Shown: piece by piece, positions 34,734 through 43,832 of the stretch | Layout of the letters: each line of letters begins with the position of its first letter | Position numbering within the stretch: position 1 is the first letter of the stretch | NCBI GenBank assembly: GCA_023266095.1 | Contig: JAHFRV010000001.1 | Span: 1 to 62,109, forward strand | DNA length: 62,109 nt | Direction of reading: 5' to 3' | DNA from: Gammaproteobacteria bacterium | GTDB taxonomy: Bacteria; Pseudomonadota; Gammaproteobacteria; DRLM01 | The notes under the pieces: model-generated | The model's database searches: none | What the model was told of the DNA's origin: nothing | What the model saw: the letters and a program-made list of their open reading frames with translations, nothing else | Made by a program: the position numbers and the translations under genes

Positions 34734-34874
34734 ATGGCATCGATCATTACCACCATGGTCATAGTCGTAGCGACCATCGCCGTCGTTCTGATGGTATATC
34801 TCACCATCAAAATCTATCGGGGCGAAGCACGTCTCGAACACAAAGAAGAGAAACACACTCTTCCTCGTCAATGA
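34734..34874 (+). CDS. 46-aa single-pass membrane small protein
   Basis: AGGAG RBS; MASIITTMVIVVATIAVVLMVYLTIKIYRGEARLEHKEEKHTLPRQ*; below the ORF-track cutoff. Confidence 0.6.
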   Translation: MASIITTMVIVVATIAVVLMVYLTIKIYRGEARLEHKEEKHTLPRQ

Positions 34875-34989
34875 GCGGCACCGTCCACGCTCAGCGGTTT
34901 CCTACATCTTGCAAAGAGACGGACAACCGATGCGTGCATGCTTGCCAAGAACGCCGTCGCTGAGACAAGCGTCTTGGCTAACGGCATTG

Positions 34990-35565
34990 TTAATTCAACG
35001 ACAAGATAAAATCGACCAGCTTCTCAATGTCGCCATTCGCTACACGCGGTGAATAAGGCGGCATGGGAATTCCGCCTGTCACATCGGTCCAATTGCCTTT
35101 ACCGCCTTTACTGATCTTTTCAACGAGCTGCGCGCGGACATCTTTTCCGCGATAACGGGCAGCGACGTCTTGCCAAGCCGGCCCCACCACTTTTTTATAC
35201 ACCGCGTGACAGGCCAAACAGCCGCTGCGGTTAGCCAACACCAGAGCATCGTCTTGACTCATCACCTGAGAAACGGGCGCCGGGGCCGGCACTTCCGCGG
35301 TGGCTGGCGGAGCGGCCGGCGCCGCGTTTTCCAGCGCCGTATTCTCGGATGGCGGAATCACCGCGCGCGCGGCGGCATCGACGTCGTTTGTCGTGTCCGG
35401 AACGGCCTCGGACGGGGGCGGGGATGGTGGCGTCAGGCTCGCCGGGGGAGCGGGACTGGTGGCAGGGGCGGGCGACGGTAAGGTTTGCGCCTGTTGCTCA
35501 TCCTGCTTGCCGCAAGCGGCAAGCAGCACGGAGAGCAGACCAACTATCAGCAGGGGGTTCTTCAT
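34990..35565 (-). CDS. Lipoprotein monoheme cytochrome c (c551/c552-like) with Pro/Ala-rich linker
   Basis: Lipobox LAAC; long P/A/S/T linker; GCLACH, KVVGPAWQDVA, PMPP axial Met. Confidence 0.88.
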   Translation of the reverse strand: MKNPLLIVGLLSVLLAACGKQDEQQAQTLPSPAPATSPAPPASLTPPSPPPSEAVPDTTNDVDAAARAVIPPSENTALENAAPAAPPATAEVPAPAPVSQVMSQDDALVLANRSGCLACHAVYKKVVGPAWQDVAARYRGKDVRAQLVEKISKGGKGNWTDVTGGIPMPPYSPRVANGDIEKLVDFILSLN

Positions 35566-35789
35566 GACTTCTCCTATGTGAATTCAGTATGTCGGCTCGA
35601 CACCGCGTCCACGGCGCCTGGCAGGTAAACCCAGAGCCACGGGTAACCGAGGTGGCTATGTTAAACCGGAAAAAGGACGATCCGGGAATAAATATCGCCG
35701 GCAGCGGCCCGGCGCGACGACCTGGCGTCCAAGGTGTTTTGGTCGGGGCGGGACGGCGAAGGCTTCAATACACAAAGATTAACAATCCA

Positions 35790-35847
35790 ATAGTTGACCT
35801 TCAGACATGGGTATTGTATACATTTGTTGATTGATTAGGTCGGAATA
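35790..35847 (+). promoter_or_regulatory. Putative IscR type-1 autoregulatory sites overlapping the promoter
   Basis: ATAGTTGACCTTCAGACATGGGTAT (35790-814) and TTTGTTGATTGATTAGGTCGGAATA (35823-847) partly match ATASYYGACT...AGTCRRSTAT. Confidence 0.5.
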
Positions 35848-35883
35848 AGGCCCGGTCAAAACTTTAGCAGAAGGTATCTCTCA

Positions 35884-36366
35884 ATGAAGTTATCTACCAA
35901 AGGCCGCTACGCCGTAACAGCCATGATGGATTTAGCGATTCACGAAAAACATGGGCCTGTCACTTTGGCGGACATTTCCGTCTGTCAGGGAATTTCTCTT
36001 TCTTACCTGGAACAGATTTTCTCTCGGTTACGGCGCAAAGGTCTCATTTCAGGTACCCGCGGGCCACGCGGCGGTTATCGGCTGGCCCGGCCGGCCGAGC
36101 AAATCACCGTGGCGGACATCATCGGCGCCGTCAATGAGAAGATGGATGTCACCCGTTGCAGCGGCATGGAAAACTGCGATAATAACGACCGCTGCCTCAC
36201 TCACGAACTCTGGGCCGATCTCAGTTCACGGATTTACGAATTTCTCGACGGCATCACGTTGGCCCAGTTCGCCGAACGGCCCGGCGTGAAAGAAGTCATC
36301 CACCGCCAGGATACCCTGCATTTCCGTCGCGGCCTGGCCCGCCACCGCCGCACCGAAAGCGCTTAA
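35884..36366 (+). CDS. iscR: Fe-S cluster regulator IscR (Rrf2 family)
   Basis: MKLSTKGRYAVTAM, QGISLSYLEQ, RGPRGGY, three Cys plus His: RCSGMENCDNNDRCLTH. Confidence 0.88.
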   Translation: MKLSTKGRYAVTAMMDLAIHEKHGPVTLADISVCQGISLSYLEQIFSRLRRKGLISGTRGPRGGYRLARPAEQITVADIIGAVNEKMDVTRCSGMENCDNNDRCLTHELWADLSSRIYEFLDGITLAQFAERPGVKEVIHRQDTLHFRRGLARHRRTESA

Positions 36367-36494
36367 ATTAATTAGTATCTTCTACTATCTTCCCTGTCGC
36401 ATCCTCACGCCAGGCAAGGAGGCGATTTAAAACTATCCAATGACTCCATGGTGGGCCACAATTAATCTGCCACTGACCGCTATTGGGAACACCG

Positions 36495-38441
36495 ATGATT
36501 ATAAAGGAGCTCTGTCTCGCGGCGACCCTGTGTCTCGGCGTCAACCTCGCCGATGCCGCCGTAACCAACGAGGTCGAGCAACAACGCGCCCGCTTCGTCG
36601 AAGCGGAGCTCGCGCTGGCCGCCAACGATATGCAAGGTTTTCAAACCCTCGCCGACGAATTGCACGGCTACCCGCTTTATCCTTATCTGGTCTATGCCGA
36701 ACTGCTGCGGAATCTTTCAAGCTCGCGCGACAGTGAAGTCGGCCGTTTTCTAGATGTCTTTGCCCAAACACCACTCGCGCCCCTGCTGCGCCAACACTGG
36801 CTTACTTATCTGGCCACCGAAAAGCAGTGGGCTAGTTTTCTCAGCCATTATCAGCCGGGCGGCGACACGGCCTTGCTCTGTTTTCAACGCCAAGCGCTGT
36901 ATCAAACCGGCCAACGCCAGGCTGCGCTGGACGGGGTGGAGAAACTCTGGCTGACCGGCCGCGGCCAGCCGCAAGCCTGCGATCCCGTGTTCGACGCCTG
37001 GCGCGCAGCCGGCGGACTGACCCCGACGCTGATTTGGCAACGCATCGAACTGGCGATGGACAAAGGCGAATTGCCGCTGGCCCGCCACTTGGCGAAACAG
37101 CTGCCCAGCGCCGACCAGATCTGGTTCGAAACCTGGATCAGCGTCCATAACAACCCGGGGCAGGTCACCCGCCTCGGCCTGCTCGCGGAGGACAGTCCGC
37201 GCGCGCGCGCGCTGGTTTTATATGCCGTGCAGCAAGCGACGCAACGCGACGTGGCGGCTGGCGGAATAGTGTGGGACGCGGTGAAAACCCGCTACCCGTT
37301 CAGCGCCGACCAACGCGCGGCGATAGAGCGCCGTCTCGCTCTCGGCCATGCCTTGCGCGGCAAGCCCGAGGCGCTGGACCGGCTGGCCGCCCTCGATCCG
37401 CAACAACTCGACGGCACGCTCCGCGAATGGCGGGTACGGGTTGCCCTCAACCTCGGGGATTGGCACGCAGTGCGGATTTGGATAGACGAACTCAAGCTGG
37501 AAGAGCAGCAGAATCCGCGTTGGCAATATTGGCGCGCCCGCGCCTTGGAAGCCACCGGCAGCCCTGAGGCGAAGATCGTTTACGAACGCTTGGCGCGCAC
37601 CCGCAATTATTATGGCTTTCTCGCCGCCGACCGGGTCGATGCGCCGTATGCCATGGAATCACAGCCACTCTCAGTGAACGCCGAGAACCTGGCCAGCGTG
37701 GAAAATCTGCCGGCCATCCAACGGGCACGCGAACTGTTTTTGTTGAACCGCGCCGCGGAGGCGCGCCGCGAGTGGACCTACGCCACCCGCAGTATGACCG
37801 CCACCCAAATGAGCCACGCCGCCAAACTGGGCGAACGCTGGGGCTGGCATGATCGCGCCGTCTTCACCCTGGCGGCCACGCCGTTCAACGGCGACCTTTC
37901 CTTGCGCTTTCCCATCGCCCATGCCGAGGCGGTGCTGGCCGCGGCGCGCGATAGCCGCATCGATCCGGCCTGGGCCTTCGCCGTCATCCGCCAGGAGAGC
38001 GCCTTCATGCCCGACGCGCGTTCCTCGGTCGGGGCGCTCGGGCTGATGCAGCTGCTGCCGCGCACCGCGCACGATGTTGCACGCTCGCTCAAGCTCAGCC
38101 TCAACGGCTCGCAGGCCTTGTTTGACGCCGGCACCAATATCCGCCTGGGCGTGGCCTACCTGCGCCATACCCTGGACCGATTCAACGACAACACCGTGCT
38201 CGCCACCGCCGCTTATAACGCCGGCGCAGCGCGCGCCGAGAGTTGGCGGCCCGCCGCCGATCAACTCATTCCGGCTGACATCTGGGTGGAAAACGTACCT
38301 TTCTACGAGACCCGCAATTATCTGCAACAGGTATTCGCCTACACCGTCATCTACGACCATAGGCTGGGCCGCACCCCCATACCTTTAAAAACCCGCATGC
38401 CTTTCATCAAGACCGCCCAGCCCGCCAAGACGGGCGGTTAA
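36495..38441 (+). CDS. slt: Soluble lytic murein transglycosylase (Slt70-like)
   Basis: YPLYPYL, YWRARA, YYGFLAA, IRQESAF, GLMQL, AYNAG, VPFYETRNY. Confidence 0.95.
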   Translation: MIIKELCLAATLCLGVNLADAAVTNEVEQQRARFVEAELALAANDMQGFQTLADELHGYPLYPYLVYAELLRNLSSSRDSEVGRFLDVFAQTPLAPLLRQHWLTYLATEKQWASFLSHYQPGGDTALLCFQRQALYQTGQRQAALDGVEKLWLTGRGQPQACDPVFDAWRAAGGLTPTLIWQRIELAMDKGELPLARHLAKQLPSADQIWFETWISVHNNPGQVTRLGLLAEDSPRARALVLYAVQQATQRDVAAGGIVWDAVKTRYPFSADQRAAIERRLALGHALRGKPEALDRLAALDPQQLDGTLREWRVRVALNLGDWHAVRIWIDELKLEEQQNPRWQYWRARALEATGSPEAKIVYERLARTRNYYGFLAADRVDAPYAMESQPLSVNAENLASVENLPAIQRARELFLLNRAAEARREWTYATRSMTATQMSHAAKLGERWGWHDRAVFTLAATPFNGDLSLRFPIAHAEAVLAAARDSRIDPAWAFAVIRQESAFMPDARSSVGALGLMQLLPRTAHDVARSLKLSLNGSQALFDAGTNIRLGVAYLRHTLDRFNDNTVLATAAYNAGAARAESWRPAADQLIPADIWVENVPFYETRNYLQQVFAYTVIYDHRLGRTPIPLKTRMPFIKTAQPAKTGG

Positions 38442-38612
38442 CCTAACGCGGCTGGACCCTCATGCCCGGCAGCGGCCGGCAAGCGTGTTGTGATGTTGAG
38501 TGACGGCATTGCTGTTAGCGGGACGGCCGGCGGGTTTACGCGCCGGACGTCGGTCGCTCATGTTATTCTGCTATTCGGCATAAACACCCACTCACAGCCG
38601 ACAGGAACCCGC

Positions 38613-39491
38613 GTGAGCTCGAGCGCCGACACCTTACAAACGTTTTTACTCGAAGAACACGCCATACGCGGCCACATCATTCAGCTCGACGCCAGCTGGC
38701 GCGCGGTGCTCAGCCGCCACCCGTATCCGCCCGCGCTGCGCGACCGTATCGGCGAATTGATGGCCGCCGCCGCGTTGCTCAACGCCACCCTGCATTATCA
38801 AGGCAGCTTGTCCCTGCAACTGCAGGGCAACGGACCCATAGAATGGCTGGTGGTGGAATGCAACAGCGACTACGGCCTGCGCGCCACCGCGCGCTGGAAC
38901 GGCACGGTGGAATACGGCACGCTTGCCAGCCAAATCGGCCAAGGCCGGCTGGTCATCACCATCACCCCGGCGCAGGGCGACGAGCGTTATCAAGCCATCG
39001 TCGCCGCCGACGGCAATACGGTGGCCGCCGCGCTGCAAGATTACTTCACGCGCTCGGAGCACTTGGACACCCGGCTGTGGCTCAGCGCCGGCGAAGAACA
39101 TGCCGCCGGCCTGCTGCTGCAAAAAACCCCGGACACCGAAAGCGGGGATCGCGACGCCTGGAACCGCATGATACAACTCAGCGGCACGCTTAGCGGCGAT
39201 GAATTGAGCGGCTGCAGCGCCGGCGAAATCATCAAACGTTTATTCCATGAAGAAGACGTGCGGATCTTCGAACCCATCCCGGTGAGCTTTCGTTGCTCCT
39301 GCTCGCGTGAGCGGGTGGAACATACCTTGCGCATGCTCGGACCCGGCGAGATCAAACCCCTGCTCGCGGAACAGGGTGAAGTCATCGTGCATTGCGAGTT
39401 CTGTAATCAACGCTACGCCTTCGACCCGGTCGATATAGAACAACTCTTCAGTGCCGGTGTCATCGAACACGCTTCCACCACCCACCACTGA
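38613..39491 (+). CDS. hslO: Redox-regulated chaperone Hsp33
   Basis: QLQGNGP, RLFHEE, FRCSCS...HCEFCNQRY; likely GTG start at 38613. Confidence 0.95.
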   Translation: MSSSADTLQTFLLEEHAIRGHIIQLDASWRAVLSRHPYPPALRDRIGELMAAAALLNATLHYQGSLSLQLQGNGPIEWLVVECNSDYGLRATARWNGTVEYGTLASQIGQGRLVITITPAQGDERYQAIVAADGNTVAAALQDYFTRSEHLDTRLWLSAGEEHAAGLLLQKTPDTESGDRDAWNRMIQLSGTLSGDELSGCSAGEIIKRLFHEEDVRIFEPIPVSFRCSCSRERVEHTLRMLGPGEIKPLLAEQGEVIVHCEFCNQRYAFDPVDIEQLFSAGVIEHASTTHH

Positions 39492-39610
39492 GCGGCACTC
39501 CGGCACGGCGGATTGCTTCACACCCGCGGATATCATCCGGCAGCGCCGTTCTGCTGGAGTGACCCACTCATTAAAACAAGCCGGTTTAAAATCGCATCAA
39601 TAAAATATAC

Positions 39611-39638
39611 TCAAGTGATTTAATCAATATTCCGATAC
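39611..39638 (+). promoter_or_regulatory. Possible sigma28 (FliA) promoter
   Basis: TCAAG-N15-TCCGATAC, close to TAAA/TCAA-N15-GCCGATAA but one nt longer. Confidence 0.35.
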
Positions 39639-39953
39639 TCTGATTATCGCCCCTGTGAGTGGTAGGGAAGCTCAATATCCTTCATCTGGGTTTCAGAGGA
39701 AAAACGAATGAGTAATTTTTCGTACTACTGGTTTTCCCCGCCTCGCAAACAGCGTGCCCCACATTCCAGGAGCCTTTAACTATGAGAGGTTTCCAGCCTG
39801 CCCTAAGAATTGAACTCAAGCGAAGACGTCGAGCGGGAATACCGATCTAGCCGAGCCAGGATGCGCCGTTCATCTCAGAAAAGTACGAACTCTAGGGAGT
39901 CCGCATTCTGAGTGGACACCCAGATCATGGCCCTGGCGCGAAAAGGAGAAGTG

Positions 39954-40835
39954 ATGTCCAACAGGAAAGATGAATTTGCGCGCACGATCCGGCAACGTAT
40001 CCAACAGCTGGATGATCTGCCCACACTGCCGGAAGCGGCCCGCGCGCTGCTGCGTTTGCGCAACGATCCGCAGGCCGGCGCGCAGGAGCTGGCCACGGTG
40101 GTGGAACAAGACCCGAGCCTCGCCGCGCAAATCGTCCGCTACGCCCGCCTGTCGATCTTCGGTTATGGCGGCAAAGTCACCTCGGTGCAAAAGACCATCA
40201 CCCTCGTGCTCGGTTTTGACATGGCGCTCCATATGGCGCTGGGCCTCTCCACCGGCAATCGCTTGAATATGCCGGAAGACGGCCGCATCGGTCGGAACGC
40301 ATTCTGGCGCCACGCGGTATACAGCGCGACCTTGATGCAGGAATTCAGCACCGCCATACCCGCCGCCCACCGCCCGCCGGCGGGGCTCACTTATCTCGCC
40401 GGACTGCTCCATAACCTCGGCTTCGTGACCTTGAGCCATCTCGCGCCCAAGGAATTCACTTTACTCAACCAGTTTTTCAGCGAAAGCGGCGTCAACTCGA
40501 CCCGGGAATTAGAACTGCAACTCCTGGGCGTGCGCCATGAGCAACTGGGCATGTGGCTGATGCAAGCCTGGGGGCTGCCCGAGGAGGTGATCATCACCGC
40601 GCGGGAACATCACTATCCCGATTATGAAGGTCGTCACGCTACCTATTCAAAACTGGCTTTGCTCGCCGACCGCGCCCTGGCACGCCACCAGCTGGGTGAC
40701 GACAATAATTGCGAATTGCCCAAAGAAATCCTCGCCAGCCTGGGGTTAACCGAAACCTGGACTCTGGCTACGCTGGAACAACTCTTCACGATTTCTTCCG
40801 AACTGGACTCCCTGGTGGAACAGCTGGCGGCCTGA
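39954..40835 (+). CDS. Standalone HDOD-domain protein
   Basis: LPTLPE, DPSLAAQIVRYA, FWRHA, AGLLHNLG, WGLPEEV...HH; AAGGAG RBS. Confidence 0.9.
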   Translation: MSNRKDEFARTIRQRIQQLDDLPTLPEAARALLRLRNDPQAGAQELATVVEQDPSLAAQIVRYARLSIFGYGGKVTSVQKTITLVLGFDMALHMALGLSTGNRLNMPEDGRIGRNAFWRHAVYSATLMQEFSTAIPAAHRPPAGLTYLAGLLHNLGFVTLSHLAPKEFTLLNQFFSESGVNSTRELELQLLGVRHEQLGMWLMQAWGLPEEVIITAREHHYPDYEGRHATYSKLALLADRALARHQLGDDNNCELPKEILASLGLTETWTLATLEQLFTISSELDSLVEQLAA

Positions 40836-40941
40836 GAACCTGTTCATGATCTCGATCAAGGGATGCAGCGCAAGGCAGTTTAAGCCATCAAACATAGTTA
40901 TGGGAAAACCAGCAGAAACTCCGGCGTTCAACGATAGGGAA

Positions 40942-41167
40942 ATGATTCCAGTGCAAACCACCCCCGCTCTCTCCGCGAATTCGCCAAACACTCGGGCCGA
41001 TCAGCCCCATTAAATTAGTCTCACTATTATTCCTCTGGGTGCTGCACAGTACCGCCCAGGCCGCGAATTGCCTCTATGTCTCCTCTTATCACCACGGGCA
41101 TGAGTGGAACGATGGAATTGAACGCCGTGCGCACAACCCGGACTCCATTTTAGGAATATTTGAATAA
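40942..41167 (+). pseudogene. Truncated, frameshifted fragment of an ABC substrate-binding/sensor periplasmic protein
   Basis: Codons from 41009 read IKLVSLLFLWVLHSTAQA-ANCLYVSSYHHGHEWNDGIER (signal peptide plus SYH..EW.DGI motif). The ATG at 40942 is out of frame and the frame ends inside MITE copy 2. Confidence 0.6.
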
Positions 41168-41306
41168 TTCCATCCTGGAATTTTCAGAGCAAACAAGGCG
41201 AAAAATGTGATTTTCTCTTTTGCGTCATTTCCAATAGCCTGCCGCCATTAAAAAATGGGTGGCACATCCTTGTGCCGCAGGCAGCTCTGAATAAATCAGA
41301 GGTTCC
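41153..41306 (-). mobile_element. MITE copy 2 (154 bp, inverted relative to copy 1, TTTA target duplication)
   Basis: Reverse complement aligns end to end with 27366-27517; TTTA at 41149-52 and 41307-10. Confidence 0.85.
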
Positions 41307-41323
41307 TTTATTCGGATAACCGC

Positions 41324-42121
41324 TCAAGGTGCCGGCGGCGGCACCAAGTCCGGTTCGAAATCATAGGTGCCTTGCGGGCCGGGCAGACAAGCCATGCCGC
41401 CGTCGCCGGTACAAAAGCACGAACTTTCATTTGAAGTGACCGTAACGACATCGGCGGCGCCCTCGAATTTTCTCCAGGCATGGCCGTATCCCGCCACCAA
41501 AGCTATGCCTTTGCTCGACGCGGCATCCTGGACGATTTTGGCCTGCGGATGTTCAAACAGGTATTGGGCCAGCGGCCGGCCCGGTGCTTCGTACACGCCG
41601 CCGTTGGTCGAATACCACAAACCGACCGTCGCGTTCCATTGTTGCCAGGTGTCGCATAGGACCTGGCCGTTATAGGCCGGCTGGTAGATCAGCACATCGT
41701 CCGCGACACCGTCGCCGTCGCTGTCGACATCCAGGGTGATCGCGACGGCCTTGGCATCGGCCTTGCGGCTGCCGCCGCAGTGTTTCTGGGACGACACGTA
41801 AGTGGAATAGGTGAGCCCGCCCAGACTGCGCAACGGCATGGCCCAACCCGTGACCAGCACCGCGCGGGCGCCGCCGTCGACATTGTTTTTCACCGGAAGA
41901 CCCTTGCCGATCGCAAATTGCAGACTGCCCGCCCCAAAGGGCGGCGTGGCCGGACCGGTGACAAATTCCAGTGAGGCATTGCCGGTAGTCGCGGTTTGCC
42001 AACCCACGCTGTCCGCCGTGCTGGGCGTGACGATGGCGAAGAACGCCGCGGCGTGCGCGATACCGGGTAACAGCAGCGTGCCCGTCACGGCGACCATGCG
42101 CGTCAATGCTTGGTGTTTCAT
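41324..42121 (-). CDS. Secreted beta-rich hypothetical protein
   Basis: GGAGG RBS; signal peptide ending AHA; LTYSTY, DVDSDGDG, DTWQQWNA..GLWYS, ends TYDFEPDLVPPPAP. Confidence 0.8.
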   Translation of the reverse strand: MKHQALTRMVAVTGTLLLPGIAHAAAFFAIVTPSTADSVGWQTATTGNASLEFVTGPATPPFGAGSLQFAIGKGLPVKNNVDGGARAVLVTGWAMPLRSLGGLTYSTYVSSQKHCGGSRKADAKAVAITLDVDSDGDGVADDVLIYQPAYNGQVLCDTWQQWNATVGLWYSTNGGVYEAPGRPLAQYLFEHPQAKIVQDAASSKGIALVAGYGHAWRKFEGAADVVTVTSNESSCFCTGDGGMACLPGPQGTYDFEPDLVPPPAP

Positions 42122-42162
42122 GTTTCCCTCCTGAGTTATCCAGAGCAGCTTGTCCGCTGAGT

Positions 42163-42210
42163 TGCGTCATTCATCAAAAGCGCGGCCTGACTGGCCCGAT
42201 GAATGACGCA
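42163..42210. repeat. Perfect 13-bp inverted repeat
   Basis: TGCGTCATTCATC-N22-GATGAATGACGCA upstream of the secreted protein gene. Confidence 0.7.
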
Positions 42211-42279
42211 CTATTGAGTCGGTATCAATGTTCTTGAAAGGATGAAGCGGGTTGTGCCTCTTTTCGATCGCGTTTCGTT

Positions 42280-42507
42280 TCAAGTTCGTAGATGCCAACT
42301 CAATAGGTATAGTCGGCGTCCGGCGATAACGCAATGCAGAGTTTGTGCAAAAGCTGAGACGCTGCGCGGAGACGACGGATTATTTCTGATCACCGCATTG
42401 AGGTCGATGGGTAACATGCGATGAGCATGGCGAATCGCATCGATCAAAAACGATGCGGCTCGTGCCAGTGGACTTAAGAAGGCAAGGTATTTATTCTTCC
42501 TAAGCAT
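42280..42507 (-). pseudogene. Possible degenerate small gene
   Basis: GGAG RBS before ATG 42507; a second frame (EIIRRLRAASQLLHKL...*VGIYELETKR) looks protein-like but is interrupted. Confidence 0.3.
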
Positions 42508-42672
42508 TAACTCCAGATCAACTCGCTCACGCCCACCCTGGGCGTGACTAGTTATCTGAGTGCGAAGGCTCTTCTTTCATAGTGTTCGTAATGGCATTGC
42601 TGTTAGGGTCTCACCACGCAGGTGTTCACGGTCTTCGCCGTCTATACTCTGGCTCAGGGAAAGGGCAGTCAC

Positions 42673-43330
42673 ATGGATGTCGTCATACCCATCGTTTTCC
42701 CCGACTACCTCATCGCCGTGGGGACGCCCGCGATCACCGTGGAGATACCGGATCTTCTTCCTTGGATCGACGTCTTGCCTAAGAAACTCAAGGTTCGAAA
42801 GACGCAAAACAAACTCCCGATGCTCGGCCACGCCGGAGTTCTCTTTTTCGATGGCGGGACTGGCTTGTCGAAGTATTACGAATACGGGCGTTACGATCCC
42901 CAAAATAAAGGGCTGGTTCGCCGCACTTCAATCCCCGACGTGAAGATTGCGCCGAACGGCCGACCCACCGCCGACTCTCTCAAGGCGGTACTGCACAAAA
43001 TCTCGATGGCCGCCGGCCAGAAAGGTCGTATCTCAGGTGTCTACATCGAGGTCAAGGGAACGTTTCCGGCGATGTTGAGCTACGCTGATACACGCAAGAA
43101 ACAGAATGGCAACCCCAGCCGTGTTCCTTATGACCTCACGCGCTATAGCTGCATCCATTTCGCGAAGGGCGTGGTTGAAGCGGCCGGGGTACAAACACCG
43201 TGGATGGTCGACCCGCGACCTCAATCGTACTGGCCAGTTTCGCGATGAATTCTCCGATCTCGACTACGACCCGAAATCGCGATGTCTGACAGTGGAGCGG
43301 ATTCCTGAACTGGGAGGTACGGGGAAATGA
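42673..43330 (+). CDS. Permuted papain-like (His...Cys) putative toxin/amidase, frameshifted near 43231
   Basis: LGHAGVL...KYYEYGRYD...YDLTRYSCIHFA; no signal peptide. The first frame stops at 43248; the shifted frame continues GQFRDEFSDLDYDPK to TGA 43330, overlapping the next ATG. Confidence 0.65.
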
Positions 43331-43698
43331 GATCTCGATGCCTCGGGCGGCTGCTCGCATTGGCGGTCGTCATTTTCCTCACGGCCTGTCCGGCGTCCGA
43401 TACAGTACCCAAGCGGCCCGCGGGAGTGCCGGCACAGGCCCTGTGGGTGGGTGGTGCTGATGGCGGTGTCTGGGTTCTTGTCGTCCTGCCGACAAAGCCT
43501 AGGGGAAATCTCTATCAGGCGCAGGTCTGGGCCGAGCACACAGGCGATTCACTCTTCGAGGGGTTTATGCAACTTGATCCCCCCGGCGGCATCCCGCCGC
43601 AGGTTGGCAATCCTGCCTCCTATACTGGTTGGGACGGAGACACTTTGTACTTGTCCGACGGACGCGAATTGAAAACAAAGCGGAGTCCAACAGACTGA
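43327..43698 (+). CDS. Small lipoprotein, putative immunity protein
   Basis: Lipobox FLTAC; PAGVPAQALWVGGADGGVW...YTGWDGDTLYL; ATGA-coupled to the upstream gene. Confidence 0.7.
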   Translation: MRSRCLGRLLALAVVIFLTACPASDTVPKRPAGVPAQALWVGGADGGVWVLVVLPTKPRGNLYQAQVWAEHTGDSLFEGFMQLDPPGGIPPQVGNPASYTGWDGDTLYLSDGRELKTKRSPTD

Positions 43699-43832
43699 CG
43701 CCGATTTCTCATTCGACGAGATATGGATAGCCGTGGCAACAAAAGAGGGGCCGTGCGGCAGGATGCGAGGAACATGGCGAATCGGATCGGCCGCGAAGGA
43801 TGCGATTCCTTCGTCACATCAACCTACGTGGG

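Noticed and set aside
39861-39954. Selenocysteine readthrough of the in-frame TGA at 39909
   Set aside because: No convincing SECIS hairpin or redox context; a strong RBS supports the ATG at 39954.
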